A stretch of 64,000 nucleotides of DNA, taken from positions 116,436,001 through 116,500,000 of the forward strand of contig OZ024744.1 in the NCBI GenBank assembly GCA_964016885.1, read 5' to 3'. Source of the DNA: Eledone cirrhosa (taxonomy: Eukaryota). Under the pieces are notes generated by a model. The model was given only the letters and a program-made list of their open reading frames with translations, made no database searches and was not told where the DNA came from. Numbering within the stretch: the first letter of the stretch is position 1; each line of letters starts with the position of its first letter. Positions 15,001 through 30,000 of this stretch are shown in pieces. Made by a program: the position numbers and the translations under genes.

Positions 15001-18000
15001 ATAGTCTACCATATCAACCTCACTACTGTTTTACTGGTGTCAGTCATTGGACTGTGGCCATTCTGGGGCACTAGCTTGATATAGTCTACCATATCAATCT
15101 CACTACTGTTTTACTGGTGTCAGTCATTAGACTGTGGCCATACTGGGGCACTACCTTGAAATAGTCTACCATATCAACCTCAGTACTGTTTTACTGGTGT
15201 CAGTCATTAGACTGTGGCCATACTGGGGCACTACCTTGATATAGTCTACCATATCAACCTCAGTACTGTTTTACTGGTGTCTATCATTAGACTGTGGCCA
15301 TACTGGGACACTACCTTGATATAGTCTACCATATCAATCTCAGTACTGTTTTACTGGTGTCAGTCATTAGACTGTGGCCATACTGTAGTACTACCTTGAT
15401 ATATTCTACCATATCAACCTCAGTACTGTTTTGCTGGTGTCAGTCATTAGACTGTGGCCATACTGGGGCACTACCTTGATATAGTCTACCATATCAACCT
15501 CACTACTGTTTTACTGGTGTCTGTAATTAGAGTGTGGCCATACTGGGCCACTACCTTGATATAGACAACCATATCAACCTCAGTACTGTTTTACTGGTGT
15601 CAGTCATTAGACTGTGGCCATACTGGGGCACTACCTTGATATAGACAACCATATCAACCTCAGTACTGTTTTACTGGTGTTAGTCATTAGACTGTGGCCA
15701 TACTGGGGCACTACCTTGATATAGTCTACCATATCAACCTCAGTACTGTTTTACTGCTATCAGTCATTAGAGTGTGGCCATACTGGGGCACTACCTTGTT
15801 ATAGTCTACCATATCAACCTCAGTACTGTTTTACTGGTGTCAGTCATTAGGCTGTGGCCATACTGGGGCACTACCTTGATATAGTCTACCATATCAACCT
15901 CACTACTGTTTTACTGGTGTCAGTCATTAGACTGTGGCCATACTGGGGCACTACCTTGATATAGTCTACCATATCAACCTCAGTACTGTTTTACAGGTGT
16001 CAGTCATTAGAGTGTGGCCATACTGGGGTACTACCTTGATATAGTCTACCATATCAATCTCAGTAATGTTTTACTGGTGTCAGTCATTAGACTGTGGCCA
16101 TACTGGTGCTCTACCTTGATATAGTCTACCATATCAATCTCACTACAGTTTTACTGGTGTCCGTCATTAGACTGTGGCCATACTGGGGCACTACCTTGAT
16201 ATAGTCTACCATATCAACCTCAGTACTGTTTTACTGGTGTCATTCATTAGAGTGTGGCCATACTGGGGCACTACCTTGATATAGTCTACCATATCAACCT
16301 CAGTACTGTTTTACTGGTGTTAGTCATTAGACTGTGGCCATAATGGGGCACTATCTTGATATAGTCTACCATATCAACCTCATTACTGTTTTAGTGGTGT
16401 TAGTCTTTAGACTGTGGCCATACTGAGGCACTACCTTGATATAGTCTACCATATCAACCGCAGTACTGTTTTACTGGTGTCAGTCATTAGACTGTGGCCA
16501 TACTGGGGCACTACCTTGATATAGTCTACCATATCAATCTCACTACTGTTTTACTGGTGTCAGACTGTGGCCATACTGGGGCACTACCTTGATATAGTCT
16601 ACCATATCAACCACAGTACTGTTTTACTGGTGTCAGTCATTAGACTGTGGCCATACTGGGGAACTACCTTGATATAGTCTACAATATCAATCTCACTACT
16701 GTTTTACTGGTGTCAGACTGTGGCCATACTGGGGCACTACCTTGTTATAGTCTACCATATCAACCTCAGTACTGTATTACTGGTGTCAGTCATTTGACTG
16801 TGGCCAATCTGGGGCACTACCTTGATATAGTTTACCATATCAACCTCAGTACTGTTTTACTGGTGTCAGTCATTAGAGTGTGGCCATACTGGGGCACAAC
16901 CTGTATATGGTCTACCATATCAACCTCAGTACAGTTTTACTGGTGTCAGTTATTAGAGTGTGGCCATACCGGGGCACTACCTTGATATAGTCTACCATAT
17001 CAACCTCAGTACAGTTTTACTGGTGTCAGTCATTAGACTGTGGCCATACTGGGGCATTACCTTGATATAGTCTACCATATCAATATCACTACTGTTTTAT
17101 TGGTGCAGTCATTAGACTGTGGCCATACTGGGGTACTACCTTGATATAGTCTACCATATCAACCTCAGTACAGTTTTACAGGTCTCAGTCATTAGAATGT
17201 GGTCATACTGGGGCACGACCTTGATATAGTCTACCATATCAACCTCAGTACTGTTTTATTGGTGTCAGTCATTAGACTGTGGCCATACTGGGGCACTACC
17301 TTCATATAGTCTACCATATCAACCTCACTACTGTTTTACTGGAGTCAGTCATTAGACTGTGGCCATACTGGGGCACTACCTTCATATAGTCTACCATATC
17401 AACCTCACTACTGTTTTACTGGAGTCAGTCATTAGACTGTGGCCATACTGGGGCACAACCTTGATATAGTCTACCCTATCAACCTCAGTAGTGTTTTACT
17501 GGTGTCAGTCCTTAGATTGTGGCCATACTGGGGCACTACTTTGATATAGTCTACCATATCAACCTCACTACCGTTTTACTGGTGTCAGTTATTAGACTGT
17601 GGCCATACTGGGGCACTACCTGTATACAGTCTACCATATCAACCTCACTACTGTTTTACTGGAGTCAGTCATTAGACTGTGGCCATACTGGGGCACTACC
17701 TTGATACAGTCTACCATATCAATCTCAGTTCTGTTTTACTGTTGTCCGGCATTAGACTGTGGCCATACTCGGGCACTAGCTTGATGTAATCTACCATATC
17801 AATCTCACTACAGTTTTACTGGTGTCAGTCATTAGACTGGGGCCATACTGTGGCACCACCTTGATATAGTCTACCATATCAACCTCAGTACTGTTTTACA
17901 TCTGTCAGTCACTAGACTGTGGCCATACTGGGGCACTACCTTGATATAGTCTACCATATCAACCTCAGTACTGTTTTACTGGTGTCAGTCATTAGACTGT

Positions 18001-21000
18001 GGCCATACTGGGGCACTACCTTGATATAGTCTACCATATCAACCTCAGTACTGTTTTACTGGTGTCAGTCATTAGACTGCGGCCATACTGGGGCACTACC
18101 TTGATATAGTCTACCATATCATCCTTGGTACTGTTTTACTGGTGTCAGTCATTAGAGTGTGGCCATACTGGGGCACTAGCTTGATATAGTCTACCATATC
18201 AACCTCAGTACTGTTTTACTGGTGTCAGTCATTAGACTGTGGCCATACTGAGGTACTACCTTGATATAGTCTACCATATCAACCTCGGTTCAGTTTTACT
18301 GGTGTCATTCATTAGACTGTGGCCATACTGGGGTACTACCTCGATATAGTCTACCATATCAACCTCAGTACAATTTTACAGGTCTCAGTCATTAGACTGT
18401 GGTCATACTGGGGCACTACGTTGATATAGTCTACCATATCAACCTCAGTACTGTTTTATTGGTGTCAGTCATTAGACTGTGGCCATACTGGGGCACTACC
18501 TTCATATAGTCTACCATATCAACCTCACTACTGTTTTACTGGAGTCAGTCATTAGACTGTGGCCATACTGGGGCACAACCTTGATATAGTCTACCCTATC
18601 AACCTCAGTAGTGTTTTACTGGTGTCAGTCATTAGATTGTGGCCATACTGGGGCACTACTTTGATATAGTCTACCATATCAACCTCACTACCGTTTTACT
18701 GGTGTCAGTTATTAGATTGTGGCCATACTGGGGCACTACCTTGATACAGTCTACCATATAAACCTCACTACTGTTTTACTGGTGTCAGTCATTAGACTGT
18801 GGCTATACTGGGGCACTACCTTGATATAGTCTACCATATCAAGCTCAGTACTGTTTTACTGGTGTCAATCATTAGACTGTGACTATACTGGGGCACTACC
18901 TTGATATAGTCTACCATATCAACCTCACTACTGTTTTACTGGTTTCAGTCATTAGACTGTGGCCATACAGGGGCACTACCTTGATATAGTCTACCATATC
19001 AACCTCAGTTCCGTTTTACTGTTGTCCGGCATTAGACTGTGGCCATACTGGGGCACTAGCTTGATGTAATCTACCATATCAATCTCACTACAGTTTTACT
19101 GGTGTCAGTCATTAGACTGGGGCCATACTGTGGCACCACCTTGATATAGTCTACCATATCAACTTCAGTACTGTTTTACTGGTGTCAGTCATTAGACTGT
19201 GGCCATACTGGGGCACTACCTTGATACAGTCTACCATATCAACCTCAGTTGTGTTTTACATCTGTCAGTCACTAGACTGTGGCCATACTGGGGCACTACC
19301 TTGATATAGTCTACCATATCAACCTCAGTACTGTTTTACTGGTGTCAGTCATTAGACTGTGGCCATACTGGGGCACTACCTTGATATAGTCTACCATATC
19401 AACCTCAGTACTGTTTTACTGGTGTCAGTCATTAGACTGCGGCCATACTGGGGCACTACACTGATATAGTCTACCATATCATCCTCAGTACTGTTTTACT
19501 GGTGTCAGTCATTAGAGTGTGGCCATACTGGGGCACTAGCTTGATATAGTCTACCATAGCAACCTCACTACTGTTTACTGGTGTCAGTTATTAGCCTGTA
19601 GGCATACTGAGGTACTACCTTGATATAGTCTACCATATCAACCTCGGTTCAGTTTTACTGGTGTCAGTCATTACACTGTGGTCATACTGGTGCACTACGT
19701 TGATATAGTCTACCATATAAATCTCAGGACTGTTTTACTGGTGTCAGTCGTTAGACTGAGGCCATACTGGGGCACTACCTTGATATAGTCTACCATATCA
19801 ACCTCACTACTGTTTTACTGGTGTCAGTCATTGGACTGTGGCCATACTGGGGCACTACCTTGATATAGTCTACCATATCAACCTCAGTACTGTTTTACTG
19901 GTGTCAGTCATTAGACTGTGGCCACACTGGGGTACTACCTTGATATAGTCTACCATATCAACCCCAGTACAGTTTTACAGGTCTCAGTCATTAGACTGTG
20001 GTCATACTGGGGCACTACCTTGATATAGTCGACAATATCAACCTCAGTACTGTTTTACTGGTGTCAGTCATTAGACTGTGGCCATACTGGGGTACTACTT
20101 TAATATAGTCTACCATATCAACCTCACTACTGTTTTACTGGTGTCAGTCATTAGACCGTGGCCATACTGGGGCACTACCTTCATATAGTCTACCAAATCA
20201 ACCTCAGTACTGTTTTATTGGTGCAGTCATTAGCCTGTGGCCACACTGGGGTACTACCTTGATATAGTCTACCATATCAACCTCAGTACAGTTTTACAGG
20301 TCTCAGTCATTAGACTGTGGCCATACTGGGGTACTACTTTAATATAGTGTACCATATCAATCTCAGTACTCTTTTACTGGTGTCAGTCATCAGACTGTGG
20401 CCATACTGGGGCACTACCTTGATATAGTCTACCATATCAACCTCAGTACTGTTTTACTGGTGTCAGTCATTAGACTGTGGCTATACTGGGGCCCTACCTT
20501 GATATAGTCTACAATATCAACCTCACTACTGCTTTACTGGTGTCAGTCATTGGACTATGGCCATACTGGGGTACTGGCTTGATATAGTCTACCATATCAA
20601 CCTCAGTACTGTTTTACTGGACTCAGTCATTAGACTGTGGCCATACTGGGGCACTACCTTTATATAGTCTCCCATATCAACATCAGTACTGTTTTACTGG
20701 TGTCAGTCATTGGACTGTGGACATACTGGGGCACTAGCTTGATATAGTCTACCATATCAACCTCAGTACTGTTTTACTGGTGTCTATCATTAGACTGTGG
20801 CCATACTGGGACACTACCTTGATATAGTCTACAATATCAATCTCAGTACAGCTTTACTGGTGTCAGTCATTAGACTGTGGTCATACTGGGGCACTACCTT
20901 TATATAGTCTACCATATAAATCTCAGGACTGTTTTACTGGAGTCAGACATTAGACTGTGGCCATACTGGGGCACTACCTTGATATAGTCTACCATATTTA

Positions 21001-24000
21001 CCTCAGTATAGTTTAACTGGGGTCAGTCATTAGACTGTGGCCATACTGGGGCACGAGCTTGATATAATCTACCATATTAATCTCACTACAGTTTTACTGT
21101 TGTCAGTCATTAGACTGGGGCCATACTGTGACACCACCTTGATATAGTCTACCATATCAACCTCAGTACTGTTTTACTGGTGTCAGTCATTAGACTGTGG
21201 CCATACTGGGGCACTACCTTGATACAGTCTACCATATCAACCTCAGTACTGTTTTACATCTGTCAGTCACTAGACTGTGGCCATACTGAGGTACTACCTT
21301 GATATAGTCTACCATATCAACCTCACTACTGTTTTACTGGACTCAGTCATTAGACTGTGGCCATACTCGGGTACTACCTTGATATAGTCTACCATATCAA
21401 CCCCAGTACTGTTTTACTGGTGTCAGTCACTAGACTGTGGCCATACTGGGGCACTACCTTGATATAGACTACCATATCAACCTCAGTACTGTTTTACTAG
21501 TGTCAGCCATTAGACTGTGGCCATACTGAGGTACTACCTTGATATAGTCTACCATATCAACCTCGGTTCAGTTTTACTGGTGTCATTCATTAGACTGTGG
21601 CCATACTGGGGCACTACCTTGATATAGTCTACCATATCAATATCACTACTATTTTATTGGTGCAGTCATTAGACTATGGCCACACTGGGGTACAATCTTG
21701 ATATAGTCTACCATATCAACCTCAGTACAGTTTTACAGGTCTCAGTCATTAGACTGTGGTCATACTGGGGCACTACCTTGATATAGTCTACCATATCAAC
21801 CTCAGTACTGTTTTACTGGTGTCAGTCATTAGACTGGGGCCATACTGGGGTACTACTTTAATATAGCCTACCATATCAACCTCACTACTGTTTTACTGGT
21901 GTCAGTCATTAGACTGTGGCCATACTGGGGCACTACCTTGATATAGTCTACTATATCAACCTCAGTAGTGTTTTACTGGTGTCAGTCATTTGATTGTGGC
22001 CATACTGGGGCACTACTTTGATATAGTCTACCATATCAACCTCACTACCGTTTTACTGGTGTCAGTTATTAGACTGTGGCCATACTGCGGCACTACCTTG
22101 ATACAGTCTACCATATCAACTGCACTACTGTTTTACTGGTGTCAGTCATTAGACAGTGACCATACTGGGGCACTAACTTGATATAGTCTACAATATCAAC
22201 CTCACTACTGCTTTACTGGTGTCAGTCATTGGACTATGGCCATACTGGGGCACTAGCTTGATATAGTCTGCTATATCAACCTCAGTACTGTTTTACTGCA
22301 GTGAGTCATTAGACTGTGGCTATACTGGGGCACTACCTTTATATAGTCTACAATATCAACATCAGTACTGTTTTACTGGTGTCAGTCATTGGACTGTGGC
22401 CATACTGGGGCACTACCTTGATATAGTCTACCATATCAACCTCAGTACTGTTTTATTGGTGTCAGTCATTATACTGTGGCCACACTGGGGCACTACCTTG
22501 TTATAGTCTACAATATCAATCTCAGAACAGCTTTACTGGTGTCAGTCATTAGACTGTGGTCATACTGGGGCACTACCTTGATATAGTCTACCATATAAAT
22601 CTCAGGACTGTTTTACTGGAGTCAGTCATTAGATTGTGGCCATACTGGGGCACTACCTTGATATAGTCTACCATATTAACCTCAGTATAGTTTTACTGGG
22701 ATCAGTCATTAGACTGTGGCCATACTGGGGCACTAGCTTGATATAATCTACCATATCAATCTCACTACAGTTTTACTGGTGTCAGTCATTAAAATGGGGC
22801 AATACTGTGGCACCACCTTGATATAGTCTACCATATCAACCACAGTACTGTTTTACTGGTGTCAGTCATTAGACTGTGGCCATACTGGGGTACTACCTTC
22901 ATATAGTCTACCATATCAACCTCACTGCTGTTTTACTGGAGTCAGTCATTAGAGTTTGGCCATACTGGGGTACTACCTTGATATACTCTACTATATCAAC
23001 CTCAGTACTGTTTTACTGGCGTCAGTCATTAGACTGTGACCATACTGGGGTACTAACTTGATATAGTCTACAATATCAACCTCACTACTGCTTTACTGGT
23101 GTCAGTCATTGGACTATGGCCATACTGGGGCACTAGCTTGATATAGTCTGCTATATCAACCTCAGTACTGTTTTACTGCAGTCAGTCATTAGACTGTGGC
23201 CATACTGGGGCACTACCTTTATATAGTCTACAATATCAACATCAGTACTGTTTTACTGGTGTCAGTCATTGGACTGTGGCCATACTGGGGCACTACCTTG
23301 ATATAGTCTACCATATCAACCTCAGTATTGTTTTACTGGTGTCAGTCATTAGACTGTGGCCATACTGGGGCACTACCTTGATATAGTCTACCATATTAAC
23401 CTCAGTATTGTTTTACTGGTGTCCGTCATTAGACTGTGGCCATACTGGGGCACTACCTTGATATAGTCTACCATATCAACTTCAGAACTGTTTTACTGGT
23501 GTCAGTCATTAGACTGTGGCCATACTGGGGCACTAGCTTGATATAGTCTGCTATATCAACCTCAGTACTGTTTTACTGCAGTCAGTCATTAGACTGTGGT
23601 CATACTGGGGCACTACCTTGATATAGTCTACCATATAAATCTCAGGACTGTTTTACTGGAGTCAGTCATTAGACTGTGGCCATACTGGGTCACTACCTTG
23701 ATATAGTCTACCATATTAACCTCAGTACTGCTTTACTGGTGTCAGTTATTAGACTGTGGCCATACTGAGCGACTACCATGATATAGTCTACCATATCAAC
23801 CTCAGTACTGTTTTACTGGTGTCAGTCATTAGACTGTGGCCATAATGGGGCACTACCTTGATATAGTCTACCATATCAAACTCAGTACTGTTTTACTGGT
23901 GTCAGTCATTAGACTGTGGCCATAATGGGGCACTACCTTGATATAGTCTACCATATCAACCGCAGTACTGTTTTACTGGTGTCAGTCATTAGACTGTGGC

Positions 24001-27000
24001 CATAATGGGGCACTACCTTGATATAGTCTACCATATCAACCGCAGTACTGTTTTACTGGTGTCAGTCATTAGACTGTGGCCATAATGGGGCACTACCTTG
24101 ATATAGTCTCCTATATCAGCCTCTGTACTGCTTTACTGGTGTCAGTCATTAGACTGTGGCCATACTGGGGTACTACCTTGATATAGTCTACCATATCAAC
24201 CGCAGTACTGTTTTACTGTTGGCAGTCATTAGACTGTGGATATACTGGGGCACTACCTTGATATAGTCTACCATATCAACCTCAGTACTGTTTTACTGGT
24301 GTCAGTCATTAGACTGTGGCCATACTGGGGCATTACCTTGATATAGTCTACCATATCAACCTCAGTACAGTTTTACTGGTGTCAGATATTAGACTGTGGC
24401 CATACTGGGGCACCAACATGATATAGTCTACCTTATCAACCTCAATGACTGATTTACTGGTCTCAGTCGTTACACTGTGGCCATACTGGGGCACTACCAT
24501 GATATAGTCTACCATATACACCTCAGTACTGTTTTACTGGTGTCAGTCATTAAAGTTTGGCCATACTGGGGCACTACCTTGATATAGTCTACCATATCAA
24601 CCTCAGTACTGTTTTACTGGTGTCAGTCATTAGACTGTGGCCATACTGGGGCACTACCTTGATACAGTCTACCATATCAACCTAACTACTGTTTTACTGG
24701 TGTCAGTCTTTAGAATGTGGCCATACTGGGGCACTACCTTGATATAGTCTACCATATCAACCTCACTACAGTTTTACTGATGTCAGTCATTAGACTGTGG
24801 CCATACTGGGGCACTACCTTGATATAGTCTACCATATCAACCTCAGTACTGTTTTACTGATGTCAGTCATTAGATTGTGGCCATACTGGGGCACTACCTT
24901 GATATAGTCTACCATATCAATCTCACTACTTTTTACTGGTGTCAGTCATTAGACTGTGGCCATACTGGGGCACTGCTTTGATATATTCTACCATAACAAC
25001 CACACTACTGTTTTACTGGTGTCAGTCATTAGACTGTGGCCAGACCGGGGCACTACCTTGATATAGTCTACCATATCAACCTTGGTTCAGTTTTACTGGT
25101 GTCAGTCATTACACTGTGGTCATACTGGGGCACTACGTTGATATAGTCTACCATATAAATCTCAGGACTGTTTTACTGGTGTCAGTCGTTAGACTGAGGC
25201 CATACTGGGGCACTACCTTGATACAGTCTACCATATCAACCTCACTACTGTATTACTGGTGTCAGTCATTAGACTGTGGCCATACTGGGGCACTACCTTC
25301 ATATAGTCTACCATATCAACCTCACTACTGTTTTACTGGAGTCAGTCATTAGAGTTTGGCCATACTGGGGCACTACCTTGATATAGACTACCATATCAAC
25401 TGCACTACTGTTTTACTGGTGTCAGTTATTAGACTGTGGCCATACTGGGGCACTACCTTTATATAGTCTACCATATCAACCTCAGTACTGTTTTACTGGT
25501 GTCAGTCATTAGACTGTGACCATACTGGGGCACTAACTTGATATAGTCTACAATATCAACCTCACTACTGCTTTACTGGTGTCAGTCATTGGACTATGGC
25601 CATACTGGGGTACTGGCTTGATATAGTCTACCATATCAACCTCAGTACTGTTTTACTGGACTTAGTCATTAGACTGTGGCCATACTGGGGCACTACCTTT
25701 ATATAGTCTCCCATATCAACATCAGTACTGTTTTACTGGTGTCAGTCATTGGACTGTGGACATACTGGGGCACTAGCTTGATATAGTCTACCATATCAAC
25801 CTCAGTACTGTTTTACTGGTGTCTATCATTAGACTGTGGCCATACTGGGACACTACCTTGATATAGTCTACAATATCAATCTCAGTACAGCTTTACTGGT
25901 GTCAGTCATAAGACTGTGGTCATACTGGGGCACTACCTTGATATAGTCTACCATATAAATCTCAGGACTGTTTTACTGGAGTCAGACATTAGACTGTGGC
26001 CATACTGGGGCACTACCTTGATATAGTCTACCATATAAATCTCAGTACAGCTTTACTGGTGTCAGTCATTAGACTGTGGTCATACTGGGGCACTACCTTG
26101 ATATAGTCTACCATATAAATCTCAGGACTGTTTTACTGGAGTCAGACATTAGACTGTGGCCATACTGGGGCACTACCTTGATATAGTCTACCATATTAAC
26201 CTCAGTATAGTTTAACTGGGGTCAGTCATTAGACTGTGGCCATACTGGGGCACTAGCTTGATATAATCTACCATATTAATCTCACTACAGTTTTACTGTT
26301 GTCAGTCATTAGACTGGGGCCATACTGTGACACCACCTTGATATAGTCTACCATATCAACCTCAGTACTGTTTTACTGGTGTCAGTCATTAGACTGTGGC
26401 CATACTGGGGCACTACCTTGATACAGTCTACCATATCAACCTCAGTACTGTTTTACATCTGTCAGTCACTAGACTGTGGCCATACTGAGGTACTACCTTG
26501 ATATAGTCTACCATATCAACCTCACTACTGTTTTACTGGACTCAGTCATTAGACTGTGGCCATACTGGGGTACTACCTTGATATAGTCTACCATATCAAC
26601 CCCAGTACTGTTTTACTGGTGTCAGTCTTTAGAGTGTGGCCATACTGGGGCACCACCTTGATATAGTCTACCATATCAACCTCAGTACTGCTTTACTGGT
26701 GTCAGTCATTAGACTGTTGGCATACTGGGGCACTACCTTGATATAGTCTACCATATCAACCTCACTACTGTTTTACTGGTATCAGTCATTAGATCGTGGT
26801 CATACTGGGGCACTACCTCGATATAGTCTACCATATCAACATCAGTACTTTTTACTGGTGTCAGTCTTTAGAGTGTGGCCATACTGGGGCACTACCTTGA
26901 TATAGTCTACCATATCAACCTCAGTACTGCTTTACTGGTGCCAGTCATTAGACTGTGGCCATACTGAGGCACTACCTTGATATTGTCTACCATATCAACC

Positions 27001-30000
27001 ACAGTAGTGTTTTACTGGTGTCAGTCATTAGACTGTGGCCATACTGGGACACTGCCTTGATATAGTCTACCATATCAACCTCAGTACTGTTTTACTGGTG
27101 TCAGTCATTAAATTGTGGCCATACTGGGGCACTACCTTGATATAGTCTACCATATCAACCTCAGTACTGTTTTACTGGTGTCAGTCATTAGACTGTGGTC
27201 ATACTGGGGCACTACCTTGATATTGTCTACCATATCAACCTCAGTACTGTTTTACTGGTGTCAGTTATTAGACTGTGGCCATACTGGGGCACTACCTTGA
27301 TATAGTCTACCATATCAAACTCAGTAATGTTTTACTGGTGTCAGTCTTTGGACTGTGGCCATACCGGGGCACTACCTTGATATAGTGTACCATATCAACC
27401 TCACTACTGTTTTACTGGTGTCTGTAATTAGAGTGTGGCCATACTGGGCCACTACCTTGATGTAGTCTACCATATCAAACTCAGTACTGTTTTACTGGTG
27501 TCAGTCATTAGACTGTGGCCATACTAGGGCACTACCTTGATATAGACAACCATATCAACCTCAGTACTGTTTTACTGGTGTTAGTCATTAGACTGTGGCC
27601 ATACTGGGGCACTACCTTGATATAGTCTACCATATCAACCTCAGTACTGTTTTACTGCTGTCAGTCATTAGAGTGTGGCCATACTGGGGCACTACCTTGT
27701 TATAGTCTACCATATCAACCTCAGTACTGTTTTACTGGTGTCAGTCATTAGGCTGTGGCCATACTGGGGCACTACCTTGATATAGTCTACCATATCAAAC
27801 TCACTACAGTTTTACTGGTGTCAGTCATTAGACTGTGGCCATACTGGGGCACTACCTTTATATAGTTTACCATATCAACCTCACTACTGTTTTACTGGTG
27901 TCAATCATTAGACTGTGGCCATACTGGGGAACTACCTTGATATAGATTACCATATCAATCTCAGTACTGTTATACTGGTGTCAGTCATTAGAGTGTGGAC
28001 ATACTGGGGCACTACCTTGATATAGTCTACCATATCAACCTCAGTAGTGTTTTACTGGTGTCAGTCATTAGATTGTGGCCATACTGGGGCCCTACTTTGA
28101 TATAGTCTACCATATCAACCTCACTACCGTTTTACTGGTGTCAGTTATTAGACTGTGGCCATACTGGGGCACTACCTTGATACAGTCTACCATATCAACC
28201 TCACTACTCTTTTACTGGTGTCAGTCATTAGACTGTGGCTATACTTGGGCACTACCTTGATATAGTCTACCATATCAACCTCAGTACTGTTTTACTGGTG
28301 TCACTCACTAGACTGTGACTATACTGGGGCACTACCTTGATATAGTCTACCATATCAACCTCACTACCATTTTACTGGTGTCAGTTATTAGACTGTGGCC
28401 ATACTGGGGCACTACCTGTATACAGTCTACCATATCAACCTCACTACTGTTTTACTGGTGTCAGTCATTAGACTGTAGCCATACTGGGGCACAACCTTGA
28501 TATAGTCTACCATATCAACCTCAGTTCTGTTTTACTGTTGTCCAGCAATAGACTGTGGCCATACTGGGGCACTAGCTTGATGTAATCTACCATATCAATC
28601 TCACTACAGTTTTACTGGTGTCAGTCATTAGACTGGGGCCATACTGTGGCACCACCTTGATATAGTCTACCATATCAACTTCAGTACTGATTTACTGGTG
28701 TCAGTCATTAGACTGTGGCCATACTGGGGCACTACCTTGATACAGTCTACCATATCAACCTCAGTACTGTTTTACATCTGTCAGTCACTAGACTGTGGCC
28801 ATACTGGGGCACTACCTTGATATAATCTACCATATCAAACTCAGTACTTTTTTACTGGTGTCAGTCATTAGACTGTGGCCATACTGGGGCACTACCTTGA
28901 TATAGTCTACCATATCAACCTCAGTAATGTTTTACTGGTGTCAGTCATTAGACTGCGGCCATACTGGGGCACTACCTTGATATAGTCTACCATATCATCC
29001 TCAGTACTGTTTTACTGGTGTCATTCATTAGAGTGTGGCCATACTGGGGCACTAGCTTGATATATTCTACCATATCAACCTCACTACTGTTTACTGGTGT
29101 CAGTTATTAGACTGTGGCCATACTGAGGTACTACCTTGATATAGTCGACCATATCAACCTCGGTTCAGTTTTACTGGTCTCATTCATTAGACTGTGGCCA
29201 TACTGGGGCACTACCTTGATATAGTCTACGATATCAACCTCAGTACTGTTTTACTGGTGTCAGTCATTACACTGTGGTCATACTGGGGCACTACGTTGAT
29301 ATAGTCTACCATATAAATCTCAGGACTGTTTTACTGGTGTCAGTCGTTAGACTGAGGCCATACTGGGGCACTACCTTGATATAGTCTACCATATCAACCT
29401 CACTACTCTTTTACTGGTGTCAGTCATTGGACTGTGGCCATACTGGGGCACTACCTTGAGATCGTCTACCATATCAACCTCACTACTGTTTTACTGGTGT
29501 CAGTCATTAGACTCTGGCTATACTGGGGCACTACCTTGATATAGTCTACCATATCAACCTCAGTACTGTTTTACTGGTGTCACTCACTAGACTGTGACTA
29601 TACTGGGGCACTACCTTGATATAGTCTACCATATCAACCTCACTACCATTTTACTGGTGTCAGTTATTAGACTGTGGCCATACTGGGGCACTACCTGTAT
29701 ACAGTCTACCATATCAACCTCACTACTGTTTTACTGGTGTCAGTCATTAGACTGTGGCCATACTGGGGCACAACCTTGATATAGTCTACCATATCAACCT
29801 CAGTTCTGTTTTACTGTTGTCCAGCAATAGACTGTGGCCATACTGGGGCACTAGCTTGATGTAATCTACCATATCAATCTCACTACAGTTTTACTGGTGT
29901 CAGTCATTAGACTGGGGCCATACTGTGGCACCACCTTGATATAGTCTACCATATCAACTTCAGTACTGTTTTACTGGTGTCAGTCATTAGACTGTGGCCA

